Shown: in pieces, positions 14,228 through 24,365 of the stretch
Layout of the letters: every line of letters begins with the position of its first letter
Numbering within the stretch: position 1 is the first letter of the stretch
IMG/VR virus record: IMGVR_UViG_3300009702_000010
Location: 1 to 35,582 of that record
Source: a virus
Reading direction: 5' to 3' (one strand)
Length of the DNA stretch: 35,582 nt
Translations under genes and position numbers: made by a program
Notes under the pieces: model-generated
What the model was told of the DNA's origin: nothing
Databases searched by the model: none
Seen by the model: only the letters and a program-made list of their open reading frames with translations

Positions 14228-14443
14228 GTGTCCGAGCCCACACTGCGCCAGGTCCTCGATGAGCTGGACACTCGTGGCCTGCTGCAGCGCACGACGGCCA
14301 TCAGTGTCGGGGCCGTGGCGGTCCAGCTAGCGCCCGCCGTCGCTTCTGTCGGCCGAGAGCCCGTCGCTGTGGAGACCGCCGACGAGCGCAGGCGACGCCT
14401 GGCGGCGGAGGCCGATGCGCTGACGTTCCACTCGGTGAGCTGA
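14228..14443 (+). CDS. hypothetical protein, 71 aa
   Basis: GTG start. The stop lies 1 nt before the portal ATG, suggesting coupling. No clear RBS. Confidence 0.45.
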   Translation: MSEPTLRQVLDELDTRGLLQRTTAISVGAVAVQLAPAVASVGREPVAVETADERRRRLAAEADALTFHSVS

Positions 14444-14444
14444 T

Positions 14445-16328
14445 ATGACACTAGAGCGAGCCTGGTACGAGGAGCGGACGGCACCGCATCAGCGCATCGC
14501 CACGCTGGTCCAGCGACTGGTCGACGAGCAGCAGCAGCGCGCCACAAAGCTGGCGCAGAACTACCGGCTCTACGGGTCGCCGTCACAGTACGTCGTGGCA
14601 TCGGGAGGCGTCCCGAGCCTGGCGCAGACGTATCAGGACCTGACCACGACGGGCAGACTCCGACTCAACATCGTACGCAACATGATCGAGTCGATGGTCA
14701 GTAGGATCACGAAGAACCAGCCGACTGCCAGTTTCTTGACCGACGGCGCCGACTGGACGCTGCAGAACCAGGCCAAGATGCTGGAGCGCTGCGTCCGCGC
14801 GGTATTCTCCGACGGGCATGTCTACCGGCATGCAGCGCGCGCGTTTCGGCATGCTGCCATCTGTGGTACTGGTGCCGTCAAGGTCTACGCCCAGTCGACG
14901 CGGATCATCTTCGAGGCCGTCCGACCGACGGAGCTCTGGATCGATCCGATTGAAGCGCAATACGGCGATCCAAGAAGCATCTTCCAGATCAAGCATTACG
15001 ATCGCCAACTCCTGCGGAAGCGCTATCCGGCAAAGGCGAAGGCCATCACAGATGCGCCACGAGCGACCAACCTGTCTGTGTTCGGCTCGGGCGTCACCAG
15101 CGACATGATCCGCGTCTCCGAGGCATGGCATCTGCCCAGCGCGGACGATGCCGACGATGGGCGGCATCTAATCACGATCGAGACGGCTACGCTGCTAGAC
15201 GAGCAATGGACGCGCCCGAGGTTCCCGTTTGCGATCATGCAGTTTGAGGAGCCTGCGCTCGGATATTGGGGCACGGGGCTGGCCGATCAACTGCTCGGTG
15301 CGCAGCAGCACATCAATTACCTGTTGCGCGTCATCGAGGCGAACCTGAAGGCCGGCGCCAACCTCAAGGTGCTACTCGAGCGGGGCAGCAACGTCTACAA
15401 GTCCCAGTTGTCGCCGAACATGGACGTCGCGGCCATCGAGTACACCGGCAAGCCGCCGGAGTTCCTGGTCAATTCCAACGTTGATCCATTCATCGAGCAC
15501 TGGCTGCGGCAGATGATCCAGTACGCGCACAACGTGACTGGCGAGAGCGAGCTATCCGCTCAGGGCCAGAAGCCGGCCGGGCTCAATAGCGGCATCGCGC
15601 TCGAGACGTTCAACGACATCCAGTCCGTCCGATTCATGGCGCTCGGGCGGAACTGGGAGAATCTGTTTCTCGACCTGGCTCAGCTCGTGATCGATACGGC
15701 CCGCGGAGTGCTCGAGCGGGAGCATGAACTCATTGCGACCTACCGCGGCGCAGGGGCGACGCAGAAGATGAACTTCGCCGATGCGATCATGTCCGACGAC
15801 GACTACGCGATCGAAGTCGACGCCGTGAGCGACCTGCCCAACACCACGGCGGGCCGCAAGCAGGATGTGCAGGAGCTCGCTCAGGCCGGGCTGATCACGG
15901 ACCCAAAGCTCGGCCTAAAGCTGCTATACCGGCCCGACATCGACCGCTACCTGGATGAGCAGTTGGCGCCGCAGGAGCTCATCGACCAGAGGATCGAGCG
16001 TATCGTACGGGACGGCGAGCTGCTAGCCCCGCATCCCCGGATGGACCTCCAACTGGCCTACGATCGAGCCAATCTCGCCTACCAGCGTGCCGAGCTCGGG
16101 GGGGCGCCAGAGGAAGTGCTCGACCAGATCGGCCAGTTCGCTGATCTTTGCCAAGGCCTGCTACAGCAGAGTAGGATGCCGGCTGCACCGCCGGCCCCCG
16201 CGGGCGAGCCTCCCCCCCCACTGCAGGGGCCGGCTGGTGCAATTGCGCCTGACGCTACGATGCCGCTGGGGCCTGCAGGAGCGCACCCAGCGGGCGTAGC
16301 GCCTGGGTCCGTGGTGCCATTGAGCTAG
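14445..16328 (+). CDS. portal protein, 627 aa
   Basis: Its size and its position between the terminase and scaffold/capsid genes fit a portal. No motif can be verified by eye. Confidence 0.8.
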   Translation: MTLERAWYEERTAPHQRIATLVQRLVDEQQQRATKLAQNYRLYGSPSQYVVASGGVPSLAQTYQDLTTTGRLRLNIVRNMIESMVSRITKNQPTASFLTDGADWTLQNQAKMLERCVRAVFSDGHVYRHAARAFRHAAICGTGAVKVYAQSTRIIFEAVRPTELWIDPIEAQYGDPRSIFQIKHYDRQLLRKRYPAKAKAITDAPRATNLSVFGSGVTSDMIRVSEAWHLPSADDADDGRHLITIETATLLDEQWTRPRFPFAIMQFEEPALGYWGTGLADQLLGAQQHINYLLRVIEANLKAGANLKVLLERGSNVYKSQLSPNMDVAAIEYTGKPPEFLVNSNVDPFIEHWLRQMIQYAHNVTGESELSAQGQKPAGLNSGIALETFNDIQSVRFMALGRNWENLFLDLAQLVIDTARGVLEREHELIATYRGAGATQKMNFADAIMSDDDYAIEVDAVSDLPNTTAGRKQDVQELAQAGLITDPKLGLKLLYRPDIDRYLDEQLAPQELIDQRIERIVRDGELLAPHPRMDLQLAYDRANLAYQRAELGGAPEEVLDQIGQFADLCQGLLQQSRMPAAPPAPAGEPPPPLQGPAGAIAPDATMPLGPAGAHPAGVAPGSVVPLS

Positions 16329-16337
16329 GAGGACAGG

Positions 16338-17342
16338 ATGGCGGAGGAGCAGACGACCCAGGCGGAGGGGCAGCCCGCGGCAGCGGAAGAGCAAACCCCG
16401 GAGCAGGTGCGGGATGCGGCGCTGGCCGCACTAGGCGACGATACGCCGCCGCCGACAGAGCCAGAGCCACCGGCGGAGGCGGAGGCGGCAGAGCCCCCAG
16501 AGCAGGAGAAAACGGCCGACGACCTGGCGCGCGAGGTGTTTCGGGATCGGAAGATCGTCACCAAGCAGAAGCGAGCGCTGGCGAAGCGGCAGCGGGAAGC
16601 GGAGGCGCGCGAGGCCGAACTGACTCGCCGCGAGGGCGTCGTGCAGCAGCATGAGGAGCTGGACGCACTACTCAAGCAAGATCCTTACGCCTATCTCGAG
16701 CGGACCGGCGTGGACATGCGGACGCTGGCAGAGCGCATGCTCAGCGGCGAGCAGAATCCGCTCGAAGCCAAGGTGCTCGAGCTCGAAAAGCGCCTGGCGG
16801 AGCGCGATGAAACCGAGAAGAAGCAGCAGGAAAACGAGCGGATTCGCTCCGCACAGCGCTCCGCACAGGAGGCGCAGAAGACCATTTCCCAGCAGTTCGA
16901 GGCAACGGCGGAGCAGTATCCCGAGCTCGCCGAGTATGCCGGGATAGTGATTGACGCGACCGGCGAGAGCGCGAGCGAGGCGGAGTTCATCGCCCAATCG
17001 GCGTGGCAGCACCTGCTCCAGCACTACGAGCAGACCGGCGAGGAGCTGCCGCTTGACATGGTGTTCCGATCGATGGCAGGCTGGGCCGCAGAGAGACTCC
17101 CAGCAGTCCGCGCCCGGTTCGAGCGCGCCCCCGAGGCAAAGAGAACCACGGCCCCCAAGGCCGGCGCGCAGCAGGCAGCGCCACAACCAGCGCCCGCGGC
17201 TCCCAACGCGAATCAGCCACAATCGCAGACACCCGTCAGGACCCTGACGAACTCCGATGCGGCAACACGAATCAGCGACTCCGGTCCACCATTGACCCGT
17301 GAGGAGCTCCGCGCCGAAGCGCTGAAGGTCCTGAACTCCTAG
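16338..17342 (+). CDS. scaffolding protein, 334 aa
   Basis: GGAGGA RBS. The protein is Ala/Glu/Gln/Arg-rich and looks helical (...REAEAREAELTRREGVVQQHEELDALLK...). It lies between portal and capsid. Confidence 0.7.
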   Translation: MAEEQTTQAEGQPAAAEEQTPEQVRDAALAALGDDTPPPTEPEPPAEAEAAEPPEQEKTADDLAREVFRDRKIVTKQKRALAKRQREAEAREAELTRREGVVQQHEELDALLKQDPYAYLERTGVDMRTLAERMLSGEQNPLEAKVLELEKRLAERDETEKKQQENERIRSAQRSAQEAQKTISQQFEATAEQYPELAEYAGIVIDATGESASEAEFIAQSAWQHLLQHYEQTGEELPLDMVFRSMAGWAAERLPAVRARFERAPEAKRTTAPKAGAQQAAPQPAPAAPNANQPQSQTPVRTLTNSDAATRISDSGPPLTREELRAEALKVLNS

Positions 17343-17354
17343 GGAGTTCGCACC

Positions 17355-18542
17355 ATGTCTGTCGATATCAGCAAGCTCGATGCCGCACTCAAGATCCAGT
17401 ACGCGCCCGGCGCGATTGCCAATCTCGTGTACAAGAACCGACCGACCCTCGCGCTGATCAAGAAGCGCAGCGGCGTCGGCGGAAAGAAAGTCCAATACGA
17501 CGTAGCCTACGAGGAGGGCGTCGGCTCGGCGACGTTTGCCAACGCGCAGACCGCGAATGACGGCTCCAAGTTTGCGGACTTCCTGCTGGGCAAGGTCAAC
17601 AACTACCAGATCGTCGAGTTCACGCGCGGCGCACTGCTCGACACGAAGGGGGGCGGGGCGAACGCATTCTTCGACGCCAAGACGTTCGAGATCGACGCGA
17701 AGATCAACGCATGCTCGAACGACGCCGCGACGCAGTTGTTCCGGGATTCCGGCGGCAACCGCGGGCAGGTCGGCTCGATCGCATCGGCTGTGCTCACGCT
17801 CAAGAACCCCAGAGACGTGGTGAATTTCAGCGTGGGCATGTCGGTAGTGGGCAGCGCCGCCAAGGCCGGCACATCTCCGCACACCGCCGTCGCAATCACA
17901 GCCATCGATCGCACAGCGGGAACGTTGACGGCGGCAGCCTGGACCGGCTACAGCGCCAACGACTACCTGTTCCGCGCCGGCGACATCGGTGGGACGGCGA
18001 CGGGGCTCGACGACTGGCTGCCGACCACCACCGCAGCGGTGGGAACGCTCGGCGGCTTCGACCGATCGGTGGATCCAACCCGACTGGGCGGCGTGCGCTA
18101 CACCGCATCGGGCGAGCCCATCGACCAGGCCATGCGTGAGTTGCTGACCCTGATGGCGATCGAGGGCGCGGCGCCGGACTATTTCGTGCTGAATCCGTCC
18201 GACTTCAACGATCTGGTCACGGTCATGGACAACAAGGTCCAGTACGTGGACGTGAGCCCGGCGGACACCCCAAGCGTGGGATTCAAGGCCGTGCAGTTCG
18301 CCTGTCCGACCGGCATGACGCGGGTAATGACGGACAACAAGTGTCCCCAGGGACGCGGCTACGCGCTGACGCTGGACACTTGGGAAATCTTCACGAGCCA
18401 GTCGGCGCTCGTCGAGATCATCCAGGATGACGGCATGATGCTGAAGCGCCGCGACACCGCGGACTCGTTCGAGGTGCGCGTCAGCGCGTACTGGAACCTG
18501 GCGTGCCGAGCGCCGGTCAAGAACGGCGTGGTGGTCTTCTAG
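17355..18542 (+). CDS. major capsid protein, 395 aa
   Basis: It directly follows the scaffold gene, with GGGAG 8 nt upstream and very high third-position G/C. The assignment is positional. Confidence 0.8.
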   Translation: MSVDISKLDAALKIQYAPGAIANLVYKNRPTLALIKKRSGVGGKKVQYDVAYEEGVGSATFANAQTANDGSKFADFLLGKVNNYQIVEFTRGALLDTKGGGANAFFDAKTFEIDAKINACSNDAATQLFRDSGGNRGQVGSIASAVLTLKNPRDVVNFSVGMSVVGSAAKAGTSPHTAVAITAIDRTAGTLTAAAWTGYSANDYLFRAGDIGGTATGLDDWLPTTTAAVGTLGGFDRSVDPTRLGGVRYTASGEPIDQAMRELLTLMAIEGAAPDYFVLNPSDFNDLVTVMDNKVQYVDVSPADTPSVGFKAVQFACPTGMTRVMTDNKCPQGRGYALTLDTWEIFTSQSALVEIIQDDGMMLKRRDTADSFEVRVSAYWNLACRAPVKNGVVVF

Positions 18543-18904
18543 TGGCCAACGCGAAGCGCTACAAGGGCCTGTTCGCGGGCTCGCACACGGAGGTCATCTC
18601 CGGAGTCCTGCAGCTCAATTCCGGCGCGGACCCCACGGTTCTTGCCGGAGTGGGCTTCACAGCGACGAGCGACACCAGCGGACAGATCCAGGTCACTCCT
18701 GACGACACGTATCCCGCACAGACGGCAGTGGTTCTCTGCGGCCTCGAGGTCGCCGCCACGAACAGCACAGATGCGGTCTACGTGCTGTCGCAGGACGTGA
18801 GCAGTCCCTACGTGCGGTTCATCACGCAGAGCGCGGACGGCACCGAAGCCGACCTCGACGGCATCAACCTCCATTTCGCGATCATCGTGAAGAACGAAGG
18901 CTGA
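18542..18904 (+). CDS. virion-associated hypothetical protein, 120 aa
   Basis: GTG 18542 shares one nt with the capsid TAG (TAGTG). The product looks beta-rich. It could be a decoration or head-completion protein, judged from position only. Confidence 0.55.
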   Translation: MANAKRYKGLFAGSHTEVISGVLQLNSGADPTVLAGVGFTATSDTSGQIQVTPDDTYPAQTAVVLCGLEVAATNSTDAVYVLSQDVSSPYVRFITQSADGTEADLDGINLHFAIIVKNEG

Positions 18905-18906
18905 GC

Positions 18907-19137
18907 ATGCCTGCGATCATCATCGGCATGGGCAAGGGCAAAGGCGCGTCGGAGTATGGCGACGGCATGGACACCGACGCGAAGGCCGACAAGGCGAAGA
19001 AGGGTCAGGCGCAATCTATCCTCGATGCCGTCAAGGCCGACGACTCCGACGCGCTCAGCCGCGCCCTGTCGACCTACGTCGAGCTCTGCGCCGGAGAGTC
19101 CGAGCCCGAGACCGAGGGCGACACCAGCGACGAGTAA
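18907..19137 (+). CDS. small acidic hypothetical protein, 76 aa
   Basis: ATG lies 2 nt after the upstream stop. The product is Lys/Asp/Glu-rich. Confidence 0.55.
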   Translation: MPAIIIGMGKGKGASEYGDGMDTDAKADKAKKGQAQSILDAVKADDSDALSRALSTYVELCAGESEPETEGDTSDE

Positions 19138-19143
19138 CCCGAT

Positions 19144-19905
19144 ATGACCCGCACGCTCATCGAGCTACGCACGCTGGCACGCGAGCGTGCGGACATGACG
19201 GACTCGGTGTTTGTCTCCGACGCGGAGCTGAACGACTACATCAACGACGCCATAGCGGAGCTGCACGACCTGCTCTCTGCGGCCTACGGCAGCGGGTACA
19301 ATCAGATCACGATCGAGCTGACCGTGCCGGCACCGGGTGGGTTCGGCACCGACCCCGGCATCGCAGAGTTCCCGATCACGGTCACGACAGGCGGGATCGA
19401 TCGCGATGTCGCGGCCGGACTCGGGCGCCTGGTGCGCGTTGGAGCGATCTTTGGCAACGATAACATCGTCTGCCATCAGTTCGATGTGTCCACGAATCGG
19501 ATCGACGCGACTCCCAAGAGCTGGGATCGTGAAACAGATATCCGATACAACCTAATCTATCCGTATGCCGGGGCGACCAAGATCGGGACGGCAGCGCTGG
19601 AGTTTTTCCCGGTGCCGACCGTGGACCAGACCGTCCAGATCCGCTACATACTGGCGGCGCCCGTGCTGGCTGCGGACTCCGACGTGTTCGGCCTGGGTTT
19701 CGACACGTTCGTGGTGGTCGCGGCGGCCATCAAGTGTCTGGCCAAGCAACAGGACGACACCCGTACCCTCGAGCGCGAGCTCGGCCGGCAGCGTGAGCGC
19801 ATCGGCAACCTGGCGCCCCCCAAAGACATCGGGCAAACGTATACCCTGCTCCGCAACGGCTACCGCCGTGACGGCGCCGATTACGACTGGAACGGGGACT
19901 GGTAG
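19144..19905 (+). CDS. putative head-tail adaptor/connector protein, 253 aa
   Basis: The N-terminus LRTLARERADMTDSVFVSDAELNDYINDAIAELHDLL resembles the N-terminal helix pattern of head-tail connector proteins. The call is positional. Confidence 0.5.
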   Translation: MTRTLIELRTLARERADMTDSVFVSDAELNDYINDAIAELHDLLSAAYGSGYNQITIELTVPAPGGFGTDPGIAEFPITVTTGGIDRDVAAGLGRLVRVGAIFGNDNIVCHQFDVSTNRIDATPKSWDRETDIRYNLIYPYAGATKIGTAALEFFPVPTVDQTVQIRYILAAPVLAADSDVFGLGFDTFVVVAAAIKCLAKQQDDTRTLERELGRQRERIGNLAPPKDIGQTYTLLRNGYRRDGADYDWNGDW

Positions 19906-19907
19906 CT

Positions 19908-20330
19908 GTGGCAGCGGTGAAGGTTCCGGCGCCGCGGTTCAGGCAGATTGCCGGAACGGACTATCACCTGGACTCTGTGCAGCGGTCGGCGCGGTCAGCG
20001 ATCCAAGCCGTCAACGCCAAGGCAGCCGCGGACAAGGCCGCTACAGATGCGGCGGTTGCGGCTGCCACGACTAGCACCACGGCAGTGAAGTCTACCCTGG
20101 ACGCGCTTCCCGACAGTGCGGGCGAGACGCATACCGTGACGTTCAAGGCGGACGTGGAGCAGACCGTGGCACATGCGCTGGGCAGAGACTTCAGGGGCTG
20201 GCGCGTCACTCGCGACTACGGCGACAACCCATCCCAGCTCGTCGAGGTGACGACGTGGCCCGGGCACCGCAAGAAGGAGATCACCCTCAAGTCGGCAACG
20301 GATTGCACAGTCGATATCCTGGTGTACTGA
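19908..20330 (+). CDS. virion-associated hypothetical protein, 140 aa
   Basis: GTG 19908 lies 2 nt after the upstream TAG. The stop overlaps the next start. Confidence 0.55.
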   Translation: MAAVKVPAPRFRQIAGTDYHLDSVQRSARSAIQAVNAKAAADKAATDAAVAAATTSTTAVKSTLDALPDSAGETHTVTFKADVEQTVAHALGRDFRGWRVTRDYGDNPSQLVEVTTWPGHRKKEITLKSATDCTVDILVY

Positions 20331-23300
20331 TGCCTCTGCAGAAACAGATTGTCGACTACCCGTTCTTGACCGGCATCGTGGAGAGCACGGACGGCAAGAT
20401 GCTGGACCGCTCGGGTCTTGCGCGCGTCGTGAATGGACAGTTTTCCAAGACGGCCACCATCGACAAGCGGACGGGATTCGTCGATTTCTACGGCGACATC
20501 GGGGTCACGCCGCTGAAGCTCATTGGTCACGATGGCCAACTCGACGCTATCGTGAGCACTGCGCCCGCATACAGTGATGTCCGATGGTTCGGTGCGGTCA
20601 ACCCACAGGACAACAAATACGGCAGCGCTGGGAGCGTGGTACCGTCATCGATCTTGGAGCGCGCGCCGATCGCTCGTGAGTACGTCGAGACGCAGCGCGG
20701 AGATATGGGCTTCTGCCAAGGATACAATGTCTACGCATTCGAGTACAAGAGCCTTGGGAAGGTCTACGTCAAGATCCAGGACGCCAAGTCGCGCACTGTC
20801 GTCTACACGACAGACCAGATAGGGATCTCCCCGCTCGTGGCGGTATCGGGCAGTCATGTCATGGTCGCGTGGGCGAACAGTAGCAACATCAATGCGCTCA
20901 TCATTGCGGTGTCGGGCGGTGTGGTGACGGTGGGCTCGGTCCTGACACTCGTGACGGATCGCAGCGACTATTACTCCGACATGCACGCGCTTTGCCCCAT
21001 GGCGGCGAAGGCGCCAGCTACAGACAGCTGGTGTCTGCACTATATCCAGGCGGAGACGTACTACGGGATCTCGCGTGACATCCTGGATGACGGCAGCAGC
21101 ACGTCGCTTGCCTCTACGGGTGAGGGCGCAGTCCAGGTCGGGTGTTACGAGGAGCCACAAAGTTTAGATATATATCTAACCTACGTCTCCAAGATCGGGC
21201 ATGACCTCAAGTACGCGGCATACGGGTCAGGTACCCACACGCTTTACAAAGCGTGGACGGTGATAGCTAGCAATATCTGGACAGATTGGGCGAGCAACAA
21301 CTACGGGTGTCCAATTGGCATGGGTCCCTACACGGACCCGGCAACCGGCGTTCCGATGGTCACCGTCTCGTGGACCGATTTCTACCATGACAACCTACCT
21401 CCACCGGCGTGGATACCCGGAGCGCCGCCTGTGGGTTGGGAGGATACCGCCGACGACAACTACATGGACGGTGATTGGAGCGTCCACTATTCATCGACGG
21501 ACCAGCAGGCGACCCAGCGACCTCGCGCGCACACGCAGTGGGCGAAGGTAGACCTCACCGGGTCGACCACGCTCCCACACAATGCGTTTCGCCTCGGTGC
21601 GGTGTCTCATCCATTCGTATACCGCGGCGTGGTCTACCAGTGGTGTGTGGATGTCCACACATCGGCTTACGTGCTCTACTCGGTGACCAACGCCATCGCG
21701 GACTGCACCGCTGCATACCTGGCGGCCCCGTATCGCGATCCGACATGGTATACGTGGTCGCATCTCCAGCTAGCGCATGTCAGCGACGACGGAACGACCG
21801 GGTTCCACACAGCGCTGCAGGTCAAAACCGTCAACGACGAAGGCATCTTCAAATCTGCCTGGAGTCTGGACAGGCTGTCTCTCACGTTCGACGACCCGCA
21901 CGTCTGGCACACGGCCGAGCTGGGAGATAGCCTCTATCTGGCGAGCTCGGCACTCCTCGTCGGCAACGGCGAGGGCATGATCGAACACGGGGCGATGCAA
22001 GCGCCCTATATCCACGCCATCATGGATCAACCCACGTATCCAGTGGGGTCGCTATCCTTCCAGGGGGCAACTGGAGGAGACTTCTACTACGGGGACAATT
22101 TCGTCCTCGACGATGGCGTGAACCCGCCAGTGACGTTCGTCTTCGACCCGGCTGCATTAGGTAACCTGATCATGGGCGCCGGAAACGCTTATGCGGTCAA
22201 TAGCGCGGGCCTCTTCGAGCCCGTGTCGATCACTAGCCCGAAGGTAGCCAACAGTGGCGCAGCGTGGGACACTGCTACCTACTCTGCGGGTCTTGCATTC
22301 CAACAACGCCGCGACGCGCAGTTTACTCGCGCCATCAATGTGACTACGCATACGTCGGCGTTGCCAATGGCGACCTTCGTAAGCGAGCTGAATGCGTATA
22401 GCCAGGCGCATCAGATACGAGTCACTGCATCCTCGGTGCTGATCGACAATACCTATCGACTAAAACTAACGTCGCAATGGGGACAGCTCAAGGTATGGGC
22501 AGACAATGGGAACAGCCTCAATAACATGTTGGGGTGGACGACAATCGACCCCAATTATACCGGTTATGACAGCGGGATGGCAGATGTGGCAATCGGTGCG
22601 CCGCTGGATCCGGACGTCTATCGCGTCATTGGATATCGGGATGGCGTCAGCACAGTCAACTATTTGGCCTTTGACCCGGCGTCTACAGACGTGGAGATGC
22701 GCGACTTCATCATTGATGCCGTCAACGCAGCTCACGATGCTGGCGTGCTGAACATCAAGGCAACTGCGGGCACAGGCGCAGGCGCCAACTATACGGTGAC
22801 GCTAACCAACACCAAGACGGGCGCCGCTGGCGAAACAAGCATTACGAAAGACTTCTTCATGGACGGCATGGCTGGTGCGCCGGACATGATAGCCACCGCA
22901 TTTACCGGCAGCCATGCGCTCGCTGACAGCATCGGCGGTGGGACCTACAGTTACGTTGCCTGTTACGAGTACGTCGACACGCAAGGAGCACGATACCGGT
23001 CGCTATTGTCCGACCCGTTCACGATCGACCTCATTAGCTATGGCGACAGCGGTTGCCAGGTCTCGCTCAAACTCGCGCACAACAACACGACGCGACAGTC
23101 AGATAACATTGATGCAACGACGATGCAGATCGCCGTGTATCGCACGAAGAAGAACGGCTCCGTGTTCTATCGGCTGCCGTTCGCGGCGTCGCAGGTTCTG
23201 AACGACCCAAACGCGACAGACTTCTTGGCGGTGACGGATGTGTATGGGGACTCCCAGCTAGACGGCCAAGAGACGCTCTACACGCAGGTCGACACCGGAG

Positions 23301-24355
23301 AGATCGAAAACCACCACCTCTATGGCGGTGCCCAGTTCCTGGTAGCTCATGGCGACAGGTTGTTTGCAGCGGGCGGTGAGAACCGTACTGTCGTGAGCTA
23401 CACGAAAAAATTAGTGCCTGGTCAGGCCATCGCCTGGAACCCGGCACTTTTCATCGACGTTGGCAAGACGATTACCGGGCTTGCGTCGCTCGACGACATG
23501 CTGCTGGTCTTCACGGCCGATAGCATCATCGGTGTCTACGGAGAGGGGCCAGATAACGCCGGAGGCTCAGGCACATTCGAGTATGCGCCGATCGCTACGG
23601 ACAGCGGGTGCATCGACGCAAACTCGATCTTGCAGTTCTCCGCTGGCGTCGTCTATCTGTCGAGACGCGGCCTGTACCTCGTGGACAGATCACGGCAGAC
23701 AACATTCTTCGGTCAGCCTGTCGAGGATACGGTCAACGCAGCGACTCAGGTCATCTCTGCGGATGTGGTGCAGGACAGCAGCCAGCTCCGGTGGGTGCTG
23801 CGCACCGTCGATGGCGATCAGGTCCTGGTCTACGACTACGCAACGATGCAGTGGAGCACATGGACGTTGGCCATGTACTCGCCAACGAACGTCAAATCGA
23901 CAGTGACACTCGATGGCGTCTACCTGCTCTGCACCGAGGGCGGAGAGCGGATCTTCTCCCAGTTAGACAACCAGTATCTGGACAACGGCAACTGGTACGG
24001 CCTGACGGTCGAGACCGCTTGGATCAACTTCGCCGGGGTCCAGGGCTTCAAGCGCTTGCGGCGCTGGGAATTGTTGGGCGACCTAGGCGGCCCACATGGA
24101 CTGCTCGTGGACATCTACCGCGACTACACACTGACCAAGAATGAGCAGGTCTCGCTGCCCGAGTCTACGCTGGTCACCCTGGACCCCTACCAGATCCGCC
24201 GTCATGTGGCGCACCAGCAATCAGATGCATGGAAATTCGTCTTCACGGAACAGGCGCCAGCGTCTCCGGCCAACCTATCGCTGCGATCTTTGACGGCCTT
24301 GTCGTTCGAGGTCGGCGTGAAGGGTATACTCCAAGCCATTCCCCATACCGCGTAA
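20330..24355 (+). CDS. large tail protein, 1341 aa (putative tail hub/tubular protein)
   Basis: Start at ATG 20330 (MPLQKQIVDYPF...) shares one nt with the upstream TGA. The C-terminal third has repeated strand-like blocks (...ITGLASLDDMLLVFTADSIIGVYGEG...VVYLSRRGLYLVDRS...VLVYDYATMQWSTW...) suggestive of a beta-propeller. Confidence 0.75.
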   Translation: MPLQKQIVDYPFLTGIVESTDGKMLDRSGLARVVNGQFSKTATIDKRTGFVDFYGDIGVTPLKLIGHDGQLDAIVSTAPAYSDVRWFGAVNPQDNKYGSAGSVVPSSILERAPIAREYVETQRGDMGFCQGYNVYAFEYKSLGKVYVKIQDAKSRTVVYTTDQIGISPLVAVSGSHVMVAWANSSNINALIIAVSGGVVTVGSVLTLVTDRSDYYSDMHALCPMAAKAPATDSWCLHYIQAETYYGISRDILDDGSSTSLASTGEGAVQVGCYEEPQSLDIYLTYVSKIGHDLKYAAYGSGTHTLYKAWTVIASNIWTDWASNNYGCPIGMGPYTDPATGVPMVTVSWTDFYHDNLPPPAWIPGAPPVGWEDTADDNYMDGDWSVHYSSTDQQATQRPRAHTQWAKVDLTGSTTLPHNAFRLGAVSHPFVYRGVVYQWCVDVHTSAYVLYSVTNAIADCTAAYLAAPYRDPTWYTWSHLQLAHVSDDGTTGFHTALQVKTVNDEGIFKSAWSLDRLSLTFDDPHVWHTAELGDSLYLASSALLVGNGEGMIEHGAMQAPYIHAIMDQPTYPVGSLSFQGATGGDFYYGDNFVLDDGVNPPVTFVFDPAALGNLIMGAGNAYAVNSAGLFEPVSITSPKVANSGAAWDTATYSAGLAFQQRRDAQFTRAINVTTHTSALPMATFVSELNAYSQAHQIRVTASSVLIDNTYRLKLTSQWGQLKVWADNGNSLNNMLGWTTIDPNYTGYDSGMADVAIGAPLDPDVYRVIGYRDGVSTVNYLAFDPASTDVEMRDFIIDAVNAAHDAGVLNIKATAGTGAGANYTVTLTNTKTGAAGETSITKDFFMDGMAGAPDMIATAFTGSHALADSIGGGTYSYVACYEYVDTQGARYRSLLSDPFTIDLISYGDSGCQVSLKLAHNNTTRQSDNIDATTMQIAVYRTKKNGSVFYRLPFAASQVLNDPNATDFLAVTDVYGDSQLDGQETLYTQVDTGEIENHHLYGGAQFLVAHGDRLFAAGGENRTVVSYTKKLVPGQAIAWNPALFIDVGKTITGLASLDDMLLVFTADSIIGVYGEGPDNAGGSGTFEYAPIATDSGCIDANSILQFSAGVVYLSRRGLYLVDRSRQTTFFGQPVEDTVNAATQVISADVVQDSSQLRWVLRTVDGDQVLVYDYATMQWSTWTLAMYSPTNVKSTVTLDGVYLLCTEGGERIFSQLDNQYLDNGNWYGLTVETAWINFAGVQGFKRLRRWELLGDLGGPHGLLVDIYRDYTLTKNEQVSLPESTLVTLDPYQIRRHVAHQQSDAWKFVFTEQAPASPANLSLRSLTALSFEVGVKGILQAIPHTA

Positions 24356-24365
24356 GGACAGGGCC

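Noticed and set aside
16668-17882. 404-aa minus-strand ORF, plus similar long ORFs in the track: 1011..1835 (+), 4950..5951 (-), 8179..9246 (+), 27181..27918 (-), 28964..29752 (-), 31515..32069 (-), 31987..32703 (-).
   Set aside because: They lie antisense to or out of frame with genes that have clear motifs or operon context. They are Arg/Gly/Ala/Pro-rich in the way expected of off-frame translation of GC-rich DNA, and they lack start contexts. Long spurious ORFs are expected at this GC content.
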